Assembly (NCBI GenBank): GCA_951406725.2
Contig: OX597818.1
Location: forward strand, 50,716,001-50,780,000
Direction: 5' to 3'
Length of the DNA stretch: 64,000 nucleotides
DNA from: Octopus vulgaris
Taxonomy: Eukaryota
Position 1 is the first letter of the stretch. Each line of letters begins with the position of its first letter. The notes beneath the pieces are model-generated. The model ran no database searches. It had not been told where the DNA came from and was given only the letters and a program-made list of their open reading frames with translations. The translations under genes were made by a program, and so were the position numbers. Shown here in pieces: positions 26,249-39,923 of the stretch.

Positions 26249-26907
26249 TATATATACATATATATTATCTATATATGTGAGTATATGTGTGCTTTTGAGT
26301 GTCAAAGTGCAGTTGAACTTGTACGCAGCGATATGCTATATGAGTGCAGAAACAAAACTTCTCACCTCAGAACATTTCATAGATTTTATATATGGATTAT
26401 ATATCAACATCTAATAATACGCAGTATCGGAGAGTATTTTTGTTATATTTCGCAGCCATCTGAAAGTGATGCAACTTGAAAATTCGACACTTTCGTTAAA
26501 TATATTTGTACAGGAATACAGTAAGCTACAAAAGCGTATAGATTGGAAACGATAAAGTACATACACTGTTATATAGAATGGAAAAGTTTGATGGACATTT
26601 TCTAACAGCAATGAATTATCTTGGTAAATATTGTAACGTTAGATAATAATACAGTAACTCCAAGGGATATCGCTGAAGCTCTCTTTCATCAAATAGAGGT
26701 GTCAAAGATTCAATAGCAAGAGTGGTTGCGATAGATTTAAAAAATCGATAAATTCTTTGCTGAAGATAAAGAGACTCAGTATTATGTAATGATAGTTCGA
26801 TAACGAAATTGTTTCATTTGAACATCAGTTCTGGCATCCAGTTCAAGTTTACCTTCGCTTGATTAATTTTTCTACACTTACAGCTCGTGTATATCCATTG
26901 TACAAAG

Positions 26908-27040
26908 TATTGGGTTGTCCGGAAAGTTCGTGCCAATTTTTAAAGGAAAGAAAACGGTCAATAAATATTTGCCATTACATATTTAATCAACCAAATATGA
27001 ACCATTTTGTTGCACAATGCGTCTCCATCTTTCCTTTAAC
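26908..27040 (-). mobile_element. Partial duplicate of the end of the adjacent mariner
   Basis: tattgggttgtccggaaagttcgtgcc...ctttcctttaac nearly identical to 27212-27342. Confidence 0.85.
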
Positions 27041-27211
27041 AAAATTATAACTTACAATGCTTCACCAAAACTATCGCATTTCTAAAACAAAAAATAAGTA
27101 TTGGGGTCGATTTTTCGATGCAACCCTCCAAGTAAAAGATAAAAATAAAACAATACATTCCAGATATTTCTATGTACAATAGCCATCTCTATCTCTTACC
27201 AACTGAGCAAA

Positions 27212-27782
27212 TATTGGGTTGTCCGGAAAGTTCGTGCCGATTTTTAAAGGAAAGAAAAAGGTCAATAAATACTTGCTACTACATTTTTAATCAACCAAAT
27301 ATGAACCATTTTGTTGCACAATGTGTCTCCATCTTTCCTTTAACTTGAAAATACCCTCTTCCCAGAATCGAGGTGGTTTCATGGGAAAGAATTCATCAAG
27401 GTATCTTTTTACGTCATCCAAGGAATTGAAATTTTTACCATTAAGACTATTCTGCAAAGACCTGAATAAGTGGAAATCCGAAGGAGCAATATCTGGTGAA
27501 TATGGAGGGTGGGGTAACACATCCGAGCCGAGCTGCAGCAATTTTTGTCTGGTTCCCAAAGCATCAAGTGCCGAAAATGAATTTTCTTATCTTCTATTTT
27601 AAAGGATTACAGAATTAACACAGGTTATAAGGAACATAAACATTCTTCCACGAAAAAATAGCTTAAACTGTCCTCTACATGGAGGTGTAGTCAAATCCCA
27701 TTTTATGAACTCAACCATGTTCTAAAATAAATCGAAAGGTAAGTTACTATAAATCGGCACGAACTTTCTGGACAACCCAATA
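27212..27782 (-). mobile_element. Internally deleted mariner (MITE-like) with ~30-bp TIRs
   Basis: TIRs tattgggttgtccggaaagttcgtgccgattt / aaatcggcacgaactttctggacaacccaata; C-terminal HPPYSPDIAPSDFHLFRSL. Confidence 0.92.
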
Positions 27783-28059
27783 CTTAAACTGACAGTGGTG
27801 TTAAAAAAGATTTTGTTGTTGGTTGAGTAATTATAAAGATCCAGGAAATGACCATGATGATACAGAAGTAGGTTTTGTAACTGTATAAAAGGCGCAGCTC
27901 TCCTGATCCGTATTACTCTGCACTTTGCCTGTCTTTGTGCTTCTTGGTATTTGCTAGTGAGAGTCGTTGTGGTGTTGTCCAACCCTCGCACAGACATTGC
28001 TTGATATATCGGTCAGCGATAATAATGCTCGTCTAACAAGTAGACAGTCATTATGTATG

Positions 28060-28265
28060 CATAGTTAATCCAAACATGAACAAAGAGAAAACTATACTGA
28101 CAACGCGAGGACGTGGAACAAGTATAGTGTTATTGGACGCTCAGGAAAGGAAAGAAAGAAGGAGGACCTAACGTTTCGAGCGGAGCTCTTCGTCAGAGAT
28201 ATAGAGAAAGTCCAAAGAAGGGAAGACGAAGAAAGAAAATCGCCAGCGGTATACACGCGGTCACT
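28060..28265 (-). mobile_element. Penelope pLTR-like fragment with a minimal hammerhead-like motif
   Basis: Minus strand CTGACGA a gagc-tcc-gctc GAAACGTTA (~28169-28196); related fragments at 14927-15070, 31031-31146 and 34683-34840. Confidence 0.6.
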
Positions 28266-29009
28266 TAGTGAAATCACCGTATGTATGTATGTATGTATGT
28301 ATGTATGTATGTATGTATGCATGTATATACGTATGTGTGTGTATGTATGTGTGCATGTATACATGTTTGCATGCGTGTATGTATGTATGTATGTATGCAT
28401 GCATGCATGTATGTATGTATGTATGTATGTATGTATGTATATATGCGTATACGTGTGAGTATGTATGTATGTATGTATGTATGTATGTATGTATGTATGT
28501 ATGTATGCATGTATGTAAGCATGCATGCATGTATATAAGTATGTGTGTTTGTATGTAAGTATGTGTGTATGTATAAATGTTTGCATGCATGTATATGTAT
28601 ATATGTGAGTATGTATGTATGTATGTATGTATGTATGTATGTATGTATGTATGTATGTATGTATGTATGTATGCATGTATGTATGTATGAAAACAAATTA
28701 CCAAACAACTCGTGAAATTACTGAACAATATCCGTCTTCTATTATAAGCATCTTATTTGAAGCCAAAGAAACGGATCATGACAGCCCAGGCTGGGGAACA
28801 ACTTAAAGATAAGCTTAAGAGAAAATATAATCTACTGAAAACTGCAAACTAGAAGTCTAATTTCCTCTACTTCACCGTATGTGATTGGAATTTTGATAGC
28901 TACCAAGACGCATACTCCACAGAAACCGGGAAACCAGGCCCATGAGCCTGGCTAGGCTTGAAAAGGGCGCATAAATAAATAATAATGCGTCTAATTATTA
29001 ATTTATAGA

Positions 29010-29497
29010 AGGCGGCGAGCTGGCAGAAACGTCAGCACGCCGGGCGAAATGCCTAGCCGTATTTCGTCTGCCGTTACGTTCTGAGTTCAAATTCCTTCGA
29101 GGTCGACTTTACCTTTCATCTTTTCGGGGTCGATAAATTAAGAACCAGTTACGTACTGGGGGTCGATGTAATCGACTTAATCAGTTTGTCTGTCCTTGTT
29201 TGTCTCCTCTGTGTTTAGCCCCTTGTGGGTAGTAAGGAAATAGGCATTTCGTCTGCCGCTATTAAAAAGGCGGCGAGCTGGCAGAACCGTTAGCACGCCG
29301 GGCGAAATGCGTAGCCGTATTTCGTCTGCCGTTACGTTCTGAGTTCAAATTCCGCCGAGGTCGACTTTGCCTTTCATCCTTTCGGGGTCGATAAATTAAG
29401 TACCAGTTACGCACTGGGGTCGATGTAATCGATTATTCCGTTTGTCTGCCCTTGTTTGTCCCCTCTATGTTTAGCCCCTTGTGGGTAATAAAGAAAC
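29010..29497 (+). mobile_element. Two head-to-tail SINE family A copies
   Basis: Heads ggcggcgagctggcagaa at ~29011 and ~29269. Confidence 0.88.
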
Positions 29498-29957
29498 ATA
29501 TATTTTAACATTTTGAAAGTTAAATGTTTTCGGAATCATGTCGGATAATTTGATGATATTTTGCATAATGATCTTCCTGAAACTTTCCGTATATAAAGGT
29601 ATTCATGAACCCATATTCAGTGTGTTGATAATTTACAAGTAATACACGTGACAAACATACAGCTTGTACAAAACATACAGCAGATACGAAATGTCGAAAG
29701 AAGCTGCACATGCTCTGTTTTTATGTTAGGTATCTTATTTTCGTTCGTAAAACATTTATATTTATTCAGTAGGGTACTTAGTTCTAGGAGTTTGGCAAAA
29801 TTTTAAATCTGGCTTGATGTTTTTGTTTTTTGCTTTATGTTCTTTCTACATTTTGACTGATTGCAGATAAGTTGTTTTTTCTAATGATAACTACACAGAA
29901 GCAACACACACACACACACACACACATACACTTAAAAATCATTTATGTATATGCATG

Positions 29958-30000
<43 letters not shown>

Positions 30001-30002
<2 letters not shown>

Positions 30003-30303
30003 AATTAAGGACTGAACACGAAAAGTGGACAGTCAACATGCTAGATATAGACGTCAAATCGCCATTCTCCACAAAGATTATGTTCTCAAATCAAATTCAT
30101 TTGATTTGAGAACATAATCTTTGATTTGAGAACATAATCTTTGTGGAGAATGGCGATTTGACGTCTATATCTAGCATGTTGACTGTCCACTTTTCGTGTT
30201 CAGTCCTTAATTGGTATATATAAATATTTTAATCTTCGGATTCTTTTTTAATATGCTAGACCACTGGTTTTAATTGATAAATATCAATTTCTATCCTTAA
30301 TTA

Positions 30304-30305
<2 letters not shown>
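30001..30305. mobile_element. Foldback (hairpin plus tail) insert in (TA)n
   Basis: Perfect ~94-bp inverted arms 30001-30094 / 30121-30214 with a 20-bp tandem duplication at the junction; tail atgctagaccactggt...ctatcctta. Confidence 0.75.
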
Positions 30306-30362
<57 letters not shown>

Positions 30363-30491
30363 GTATCATAATCGCAAAATCGTAGCTAAGGCCAGCTACA
30401 CATGAGAAGGAGAGATAATCTCCAACGTTCGTGAATTCCCCAAGTATACATGCCATTAAGGAAAGGACAGGCTTATCATCTGGAGATTTCA

Positions 30492-30536
30492 GTCGTGGAC
30501 ACGTGTTTCTAGCTTAATAGCTTTCATCAGCACGAC
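30492..30536 (-). ncRNA. Compact type I hammerhead ribozyme motif
   Basis: Minus strand: gtcgtg CTGATGA a-agct-atta-agct-a GAAAC acgt GTC cacgac; 6-bp stem I; palindromic stem III. Confidence 0.78.
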
Positions 30537-31142
30537 AACTGCCAAACCTTATTTCTAGTAACCAAGGGACTTAGACTTGTGCAAAAAGAGTTAGAACACA
30601 TTTAAGGCCAAAGTGTTTTGCATAATTTTTTTTTTTTTTTAAAGAAGAAACACGTAAGATTGACTAGTGGCATGCATTTAAACTATACTGACTAATTCAA
30701 GTGTAACAAATACTATACAACATAAAATCTTGATTTACTAAAATTATCTCCGCTTCTAGTGGGTGTAACATAATTAATCGCCAAATGGCAATTATGATCA
30801 GCTCCACAGCCGGTCTTAAGGTAATATCTCTATACGTCTATTTACTGGTTGCATACCAATGCTTTTTTTGCACATTCCATCTGTCAATTATGAGCTTACA
30901 ATTATTACGTAATTCTGAGCTTCCAGAAACAGCTGTCAAGTTAAAAAAAACTGTGCAGTCTCCATTTAGTATTCTGTATTTTTATGTTCTATGCAATTAT
31001 ATTTGCCTATATATATATATATATATATATGAGCGTAGGCTCGAAACGTAAAAGACTTTTTCTATTCCTGTAGCGTTATACTAATGCATGTTTGTTTTGC
31101 ATACCACCTGTCTTCGTCTTTTGTTTTTTTTTCGTAAACTCT

Positions 31143-31227
<85 letters not shown>

Positions 31228-31231
<4 letters not shown>

Positions 31232-31331
31232 AACATCATATAATTAAGGGCTAAAGAGGGTTATTCTAAAGCCAATCAGTGTATTCGCTTTAGAATAACC
31301 CTCTTTAGCCCTTAATTATATGATGTTTATA
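31228..31331. repeat. Inverted repeat (45-bp arms) abutting (TA)n
   Basis: Arms 31228-31272 / 31287-31331 containing the aattaagggcta terminal motif. Confidence 0.8.
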
Positions 31332-31947
31332 CTTCAACCGTAACGGTTTTTTGAATATACTGCCACGCTTCCTGATGGATTCCTTTTCTGTAGAGAAAGG
31401 GACTTCATCCTATATTGTTAGTATATATATATATATATGCTTGTACATACGTGCTTATCTTCTAAATATATTTAGTTGTATGTATCTGTGTGTATGGAGG
31501 GGGTGTATTCGTTTACATATGTTTATATACATCAAGCCCAGTCGTATTTATCTATCACTATCTCCATATCAGCTCACGTGGGTTTCTCTTACAGTTTCTT
31601 TAGAGACCTTGGATCTAGCCCTCGATGAAGATTTCGGAGTTTAAGTTGAAATTGTTTGAGCATTACTACGTGTGTTTTATACTCAACATGTCCAACTCTC
31701 ACCTTTTGACTGTACATACATACATACATACATACATACATACATACATACATACATACATACATACATACATACATACATACATGAATACATACATACA
31801 TACATGCATACATACATACACACATATATACATACATACATGAATACATACATACATACATACATACATGCATACATACATACATACATACATACATACA
31901 TACATACATACATACATACATACATACATACATACATACATACATGA

Positions 31948-31978
<31 letters not shown>

Positions 31979-32593
31979 CATACATACTCTTTTATGTACA
32001 CTTTTTTATGTACATTCCTTGATGTACACTGATTTGTTCTGCTCTTTTGTTTAACCCTACAGTCTCTTATGTGGTGGTTTAATAAAGTATGTGATTGAGT
32101 ATTATCTGGTAATTGATATTTGATTTAGATGTATTTCTCCATTTTCTTATCTTGTATATATACATATATATATATATTTAACAAACATCCTAAACTAAGC
32201 ACCACGTTTAATCACATGGATCTTAAACCTCCAAGGAACTTTTTCCAAGGACTATATTGGACTCCAAAAACATAAAGACTTTACAATGTATCGGTATACC
32301 TATATGTTTATTATTATATTTTTTGAAAAAAAAACAATGTAAATTTCTTTTTTCCCCTTCCTCAACTTTAAAAAATTTCTTTTCACTTTTCAATTCTTGA
32401 AAAATTGCATTGCGATGAAAATCGGTTAGAGTTAATATTTTTTTAATTTTTAAAATTTTCCATACACCCATTTTTATTAAAATTTACCTTCAATTTAGCA
32501 TTCTGCCATTTTATAATTTTTCCTCGCCTATCATTTCTCCACGTGCGGTCAACACAACCCCACCATTTATTGATTTATATATATATATATATA

Positions 32594-32810
32594 TACGAAG
32601 GGGTGGAGTAAAGTTCATAGCTTAGGGTAAACGAAAATACAGGAAGATCAGTTGATTATGATTTTATTCAGCATATTCCCCTTTAAGATCCATACACATA
32701 TTGCAGTGATCCATCAATTCTTCTAAGCACTGTAAAAGAACTCGGAAGATTGGGCCTCCAACCAAGCCTTTCGCGACACATTTAAAGGAATTTTTCAGCA
32801 TCCCATTGTG
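32594..32810 (-). mobile_element. Mariner 3'-end remnant
   Basis: TA-flanked tacgaagggg end; minus strand encodes CMDLKGEYAE* (KCI..GDYFE-like). Confidence 0.55.
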
Positions 32811-33847
32811 TATATATATATTTATCTGATGCTGGTTGCATTAGTTATTATTGTTTGTTTTGATTTAAGAATGGAGTTCATCGATTTGCCACTGGAATTA
32901 ACTGCTCTTCTTTGCTTAAATGTAATTATTATGAAAGCTTTGTATTGCTGGGTTTTCTATTTGCACCAATATCTTGATATCTTGATATCTCTTTCACGAA
33001 CCTCAAAAATCACGTTGTTTGAAGGAAGTAGAAAACTTTGAAAACGATAGTGGAGATACCAAACTAATCATGCAACAACGTGAGTTAAATAAAATGAGGC
33101 CAATTGAAAGTCGTCACTAAATCTTAGTGTCTCCTTGCCAGAAGCTTACACTTTCTGTGGATCTCACTACAGATTACGCAGAATTATTCATAATCATTGT
33201 TGCACTTTGGTCATAAATTACTGAAGATGGACAACGGAAAGTTTCACAATGAAACTGCTTTATGCAGAATTAGCAATAGATGTGTAGTTAGAAGCCTAGA
33301 GCGGTCTTTGTAATCTATGCAGCGGCTCGATAATGAAGTTAAGTCAGGTTTCTTTGAAGTTGATATTTATCTTCTTTGGTGGGTTAAAAGACATTCATTT
33401 CTCTCGTAGATTGAACTTGGAACTGAAGACGAGACTATTAATAAATACATAAATAACAACAATAATAGCAACAAGAATAATTGTAATATATGAGCCAAAA
33501 GCTGTGATATTGGATAATAATTACAGAATTGTATTGGATTTCTCCATAGAAACTGACCATAGTGTCGAGTCGAAGAGACCAAATATGATAGAAAGAAAAC
33601 AGAACAGAACCGAGAAAAACCTGTGAAAGTCATAGATTTTGTTAAACCATATGGCAGTATGGTGTGTATCAAGAAAATTGAGAAAACTGCGAAACGTCAG
33701 GATCTAGCAGGCGAGATGGAGAGGTAAAAGTAAAAAGGGTTCCAGGGCCAACTGGGCCGCTCGACAAACTGCTTGACAAGAGACTAAAAGACACTGAAAT
33801 CGAAACTCGGCCTGCAAGAATCCAAAGAAAGCTTCTTGAGATTTGAG

Positions 33848-33869
33848 CACACGCACACACACACACGCA

Positions 33870-33911
<42 letters not shown>

Positions 33912-33973
33912 ACGCACACACACAAACACATACACACACATACACATACACACACATACACATACACGCACAA

Positions 33974-34004
<31 letters not shown>

Positions 34005-34110
34005 CACATGCACACACACACACACGCACACGCACACACACACACACACACACAAACATGCACAAACACATACACACACATACACATACACACACATACA
34101 CACACACACA

Positions 34111-34142
<32 letters not shown>

Positions 34143-34280
34143 GCACACACACATACACACAGACGCACACACAAACACACACACACACATACGCACACAC
34201 ACACACACACACACAAACATACACACATACACACAAACACACACACACACACGCACATACAAACACACACATACACACAT

Positions 34281-34315
<35 letters not shown>

Positions 34316-34380
34316 AACACATACACACACGCACACACACGCACGCACGCACACACATGCGCGCGTGTGTGTGTATGCGT
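33848..34380. repeat. Long degenerate (CA)n microsatellite
   Basis: ~530 bp of interrupted CA repeats; source of several spurious ORFs. Confidence 0.95.
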
Positions 34381-34839
34381 GGATAGATTTTTATGCTTAG
34401 CTTGCTTCCGAAATTTTGTATATATCCATTCACAGTAGACTTAATCCGTTACGGTTTAGCATCAACTTTTCCTCCAGCAGTCTAGATGTCTGTAGCAAAG
34501 TGCTGTATGTTCTAAGCAATTAGGGAACCTTCACTCAGAAGATAACCCCAGAAAGGTTTTTGTTTTCTTCTTCTCGTTTATCTCACAAACCAATGATGCT
34601 ATGCCTTTCCATTTCTTCCATCAACCCTTGAAAACAAATATGAAAACAAACATTTGCATATATATATATATATATATATATAGGGAGAGTTCACGAAAAA
34701 AAAAAAAAGACGAAGACAGGTGTAGAAAACAAACAGATATATTAGTATAACACTCAGGAATTGAAAAAGGCTTTTACGTTTCGAACCTACGCTCTTCTAC
34801 AGAAAGGGACACAGAAAAAAACAAGGAGTGAAAAAATCC

Positions 34840-34901
<62 letters not shown>

Positions 34902-35706
34902 ATATATATATTTATGTATTTATGTATGTATGTGTGTCGGTTTGTGTGTGTGTTTACACAGAAGTATACATATATACATACAGACGTGATCGTATGAATC
35001 TGAATCTGTTTGGTGCCGGTGTTATTTACTTCCATATTCGCACATTCATCATTCACACAGTTTGGCCTAATTGTTGAATTGCACTTATTTCATAGTTTCA
35101 CTTGTCAAATATTGTTACTATACTTTCCGGTAGGTTATATTGTCAACTTTGCTTTGGAACACGCTTTTATGACGAGGCTCCATAAATTCCCATTATATTC
35201 ATTCCTTTTAGGTTTTTAAATATTTACTACGTATCAGTCTGTCGGGACGCTGGCTTTCAGCTGACTTCTCACTAAATAATTGATGTGCTATCCTATGCAT
35301 ATGATTTATATTACAATACCATTACTGTATTACTGTAACCTCGCATTGTACGAGAGCTGGGGAATGATGCTAATCTTCTGGTGAGCTTAGTTCCTGCGCA
35401 CACCCATTCAATTTCCATTTGACCTAGCTCAATCTACGAAGCTGCTATTTCAGACCGTTGGATTCTGGTACATAAATCTTGGATTTGATTTTAACCCATA
35501 ACCCACTCAAGGTTTACAGGGAAATTTATATTTTAACTTAATATTATTCAATCAACTATTTCTAACAGAACCATACACGCTTCCAATTAATTGTGAAAAG
35601 ATTAGTTGTAGAGTTTATGGTACATACATACATACATATAAGCATGAATATATACATAAACCTACATACATACATACTTACATACATACAAACATACATA
35701 CATACA

Positions 35707-35738
<32 letters not shown>

Positions 35739-35921
35739 AGCATGCATATATACATAAATACCTACCTACATACATACATACTTACATACATACATAAATG
35801 CATACATACATACATACTTACATACATAAATGCATACATACTTACATACATACATAAATGCATACGTACAATACATACATACAATAATATATACATACAT
35901 ACAATACATACATACATACAT

Positions 35922-35956
<35 letters not shown>

Positions 35957-36015
35957 TATATACATACATAAATACATACATACATACATACATACATACA
36001 TACATACATACATAC

Positions 36016-37519
36016 GTGCCACTAAAGAATATTACAGCCGAATAAAGAAAATTTGGACCTCAGAACTCTCTGCATTCAATAAAACAGTGACCCACAGTGT
36101 GTCTGCAGTGCCCTCACTCATACCAACATTTGGGCTGCTTGATTTGACGCTTGATGAGATCCGAGCCATTGATGTAAAAACCCGGAAAATACTAACAAGC
36201 CTACATAATTTCCACATAAACAGTTATGTTGACTGCCTCTACCTAAAACGAAAACAAGGCGGCAGAGGCTTAACATCGATCCAAAATGCCTTTGGATATC
36301 GCATCATATCCCTTCGGCAACATTTTCTAACCACCAAGTATCGACGTTTTCACACACGAGGCTGATAACATCGTAAACTTGGAAAGCAGCTCCTTGAGCA
36401 ACACTTTGTCTGATAACCTAGAATGCATGCCCAAAGCAGTCGCACGACTCTACCATAATGTATCATCGGATAAAAGGATGAGCTTATATGAGCGGAAGAC
36501 TATGCATGGATATGTTAGTAGAAAGCTCCGAGATGAGGGTAACATCGATTGTCAAAGCAGTTTATCATGGACCAATAGCCGGATTACTACTTCCCACTTT
36601 GAAGGGTATGCGTTTGCAATCCAGTAACAGGAAATTTCAACCAAGTACCTGATGCACAAAAGAGAAAGGGATGCAGGAAAAGCCCTAAAATATGACAACC
36701 GATGCAGACTTTGTGGTGTTCACACTGAAGATATTAGGTACATCATAAGTAGTTGTCCGAAAATGTCATCACGGTTTTATCTACCGATGAAACATGATGT
36801 TGTAGCTAGGACACTCTATAATGAAATCCGTCGAAAGGATAACCTCGAGGATAAATAAATAAGAACCCATAATATGGTAGAAACCATAGCCACTCATAAT
36901 AAAAGAGAATACTGATGGAATGTCCCTGTGTAGATCTTAATAAAATGTATGCACAACAGACCTGAAATAATAATTTGGAATAGAGAAGAGAAACTGTGCA
37001 CAATTGTGGAAATGAACTGCTCAGTGAATGTTAACATAAAGATGAAGATCAGTGGAAAAGAGAACACATATGTTGAACTATTGAGAAATCTGCAGTTAGT
37101 CAATCTAGATTACAAGTTCAGGTTTACACTTGTTATTATTGGGGCAATGGGATATGTAACACACTGCCTAAATACCAATCTTGAGGAATTAGGCTTCTGA
37201 ACAACAGAAAGGTGGAAAGTAATTCGAAGACTACTGATCCAATCTATCACTGGAACTGTAAAAATCTGTAAAACCTTCCACAAGTTTATCATTTAAATAT
37301 ATATGAGCATGTCTAGATATGCATGTATAGGCATGACATGAAAAGGCATACATAAAACAAAACATACAAATCTACACATATACATACATACAAACTTACA
37401 TACAAACAAACAAAAAGACCCTGTTGTTAATGTTGAAATTCCAACGAAGAAACCTTGGATCTAGATTAGAAACCGGCTCTTTCTCTATTGGTAAGAAATC
37501 TTGAAATAAAACTGAACAA
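36016..37519 (+). mobile_element. 5'-truncated R4/Dong-like RLE non-LTR retrotransposon embedded in (TACA)n
   Basis: LYLKRKQGGRGL, HGY, FAIQ*QEI, CCHC-type knuckle CRLCG..E..YIISSC, KHDVVA, HNRPEIIIW..IVEM (PD..D/E nuclease region), VIIGAMG; in-frame stops; (TACA)n at both junctions. Confidence 0.9.
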
Positions 37520-37539
37520 TACATACATACATACATACA

Positions 37540-37573
<34 letters not shown>

Positions 37574-38019
37574 CATACATACGTACATACATACTTATAT
37601 ACATGCTTGCATACATACATACACACATACATAAATACATACATACATACATACTTATATACATGCTTGCATACATACATACATACATACACACATACAT
37701 AAATACATACATACATACATACGTACATTCAATACATACATACATACATACATACATACATACATACATACATACATACATGCATACATACATACATTCA
37801 ATACATACATACATACATACATACATACATACATACATACATACATACACACATACATACATACATACATACATACATACATACATACATACATACATAC
37901 ATACACACATACATACATACATACATACATACATACATACATACACACATACATACATACATACACACATACATACATACATACATACATACATACATAC
38001 ATACATGCTTGAATACATA

Positions 38020-38600
38020 CTTAATGGTTGTCAGCTCGCCCTCCATTATGACGTTTTCTAATGTCTCCTGCCTTGCATGATTTCGTAGATGGCTTCTCAT
38101 GCCAACTTTCGACTTTAACCCTTTTCCACCTATATTGCACTTCGAACTAAGTTGCTGAGGATACTACACACGCGGTTCATATCATCATTTCCTCTCATGT
38201 GACTCTTGAAAGCAGAAAGAGGAAGACAGATTCTTCAACACATTTCACATTGAGTACTTTCGTCCGCAGCTTTTGATGTTGCTGCTTGCTTTCTCTTCGT
38301 TATGTATGATGCATGTTGAATCCTTCTTCTATGATGCACACTGAATATGAATATTAATACCTCTTTCTGAGTCAAGTAAGGTGCGAAAATTCCAACAACC
38401 AGCCTTCACATTCAGGCTGCTAATGTATTTACATTTTTTAGCGTTGCCGCTTGTCTTCTATTTCTTTTATCACCGCTAAGAACGAACAACCATCTGACAC
38501 GGCGTTGCTGATCAGTTTGCAGTGAAGTAAGCATTTGTTAGAACACATTTTCTAGTTCCCTCTCACATTGTCAACAAGCAGTGCTGTCTTTAGTAGACTG
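38020..38600 (-). mobile_element. Internally deleted RTE-like LINE remnant
   Basis: Minus strand AGCWNFRTLLDS (APE start motif WNVRTL) near 38370-38405, joined to SHLR..LENVIMEG (RTE C-terminal-like). Confidence 0.5.
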
Positions 38601-39349
38601 TTTAGTTGTCAAGAACGCTGTTGAGTTGCTGTCATTACTTTCTTTGACGTGTAAAACGACATTATGACAACTAATGCGAAGGTTCAAAGCTACATACTTC
38701 CAATCTGTTAAACTTGTATATGTCACAATTTCCCCAGTGCCAGTGGGCTTTCAAGAAGTAATATCTTTTAATGGTAATCGTTCATTTCCAAAGTAAATTG
38801 AGCGAGCTTATATTTAGAGTGCTTGTACCATATCCACCTTCTGAATGCTGCAAAGCTTACCAGTAGCATAAATACACAAGATAACTTGCATTCACCTTCT
38901 CATGTTTCTTGAGTTTTCCCTTTTACAATGGCGCTCAACATATTTGAGCGAATGTGCTCTCTAGTGCACAATAAAGTTCCTCCTTGATACCACGGTATTT
39001 TCTGCCACGATTTTGTTATGTTGATATATGTCTCTAGAGTTGTTGCTAGCCATAGAAAAGTAGGGCTTTTAACCAGGGTTTACACCCCAAGACCCGCAGT
39101 CTCCAGTTAGAAACAGGGATACCTCGTGAAGGATGTGATCTTAGAGATCCCGTACACTGGTCCTTTCTATGGGGTGATTACGAGCTCTTCCTTTGACTTC
39201 AATACACATATGACACACCCAGCTGGCAAAGTGCGTGTTGAACCGCAGAGTAAACTTCTTTTCGAATAAGCTAAGATATGAAATTACAAAATATACACAA
39301 AATATACGAGAATATATATATATGTATGTATGTATATATATATATATAT

Positions 39350-39399
<50 letters not shown>

Positions 39400-39460
39400 G
39401 TCTCTCTCTCTCCCTCTATGTATATATATATATATATAGATATATATATAAAATAGCCTT

Positions 39461-39492
<32 letters not shown>

Positions 39493-39563
39493 ATATGTAT
39501 GTTTATATAAATAACACAATGTATATATGTATATATGTTTATAAAAGAATATCACACACAAAC

Positions 39564-39598
<35 letters not shown>

Positions 39599-39599
<1 letters not shown>

Positions 39600-39923
39600 T
39601 AGAAATTACGATAAACAAAAATTTATATTACTAGTTCCTACGTATGTTTCACCGTTGTGGTTGTTCAGAACTCTGCACTGGATGCTCCAGGTGCGATCCG
39701 ATCCTTAACCACAACCGATCATCGAGGAACATATCATTCATTGTTACAGAGAATAAGGATATTAGCTCTCTGTAACATAATACAAGAAAGTATTCTCCTG
39801 ATGATCGGTTGTGGTTAAGCGTCTGATTGCACCTGGATCATCCAATGCAGAGTTCTAAATAACCACAATGGTGAAACATACGTAGGAACTAGTAGTATAA
39901 TTTTTTGTTTATCGTAACTTCTA
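39599..39923. mobile_element. Foldback element with two divergently oriented hammerhead motifs
   Basis: Arms ~39599-39752 / 39766-39923; right arm CTGATGA...GAAAC atac GTA; left arm is the same motif on the minus strand with a mutated core; homologue at 56185-56420. Confidence 0.75.
39793..39889 (+). ncRNA. Type I hammerhead ribozyme motif with extended stem II
   Basis: CTGATGA 39798-39804; stem II ttgtggtta / taaccacaa; GAAAC atac GTA 39873-39884; short stem I ttc(t)c / ggaa. Confidence 0.65.

Noticed and set aside
33050-33360. Possible RTE LINE 3' remnant (LLYAEL)
   Set aside because: Single short motif; boundaries undefined
33669-34438. Long Cys/Val- or His/Thr-rich ORFs (also the YI, MYVC, poly-I/N/K/S ORFs throughout)
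   Set aside because: These are translations of stop-free microsatellites
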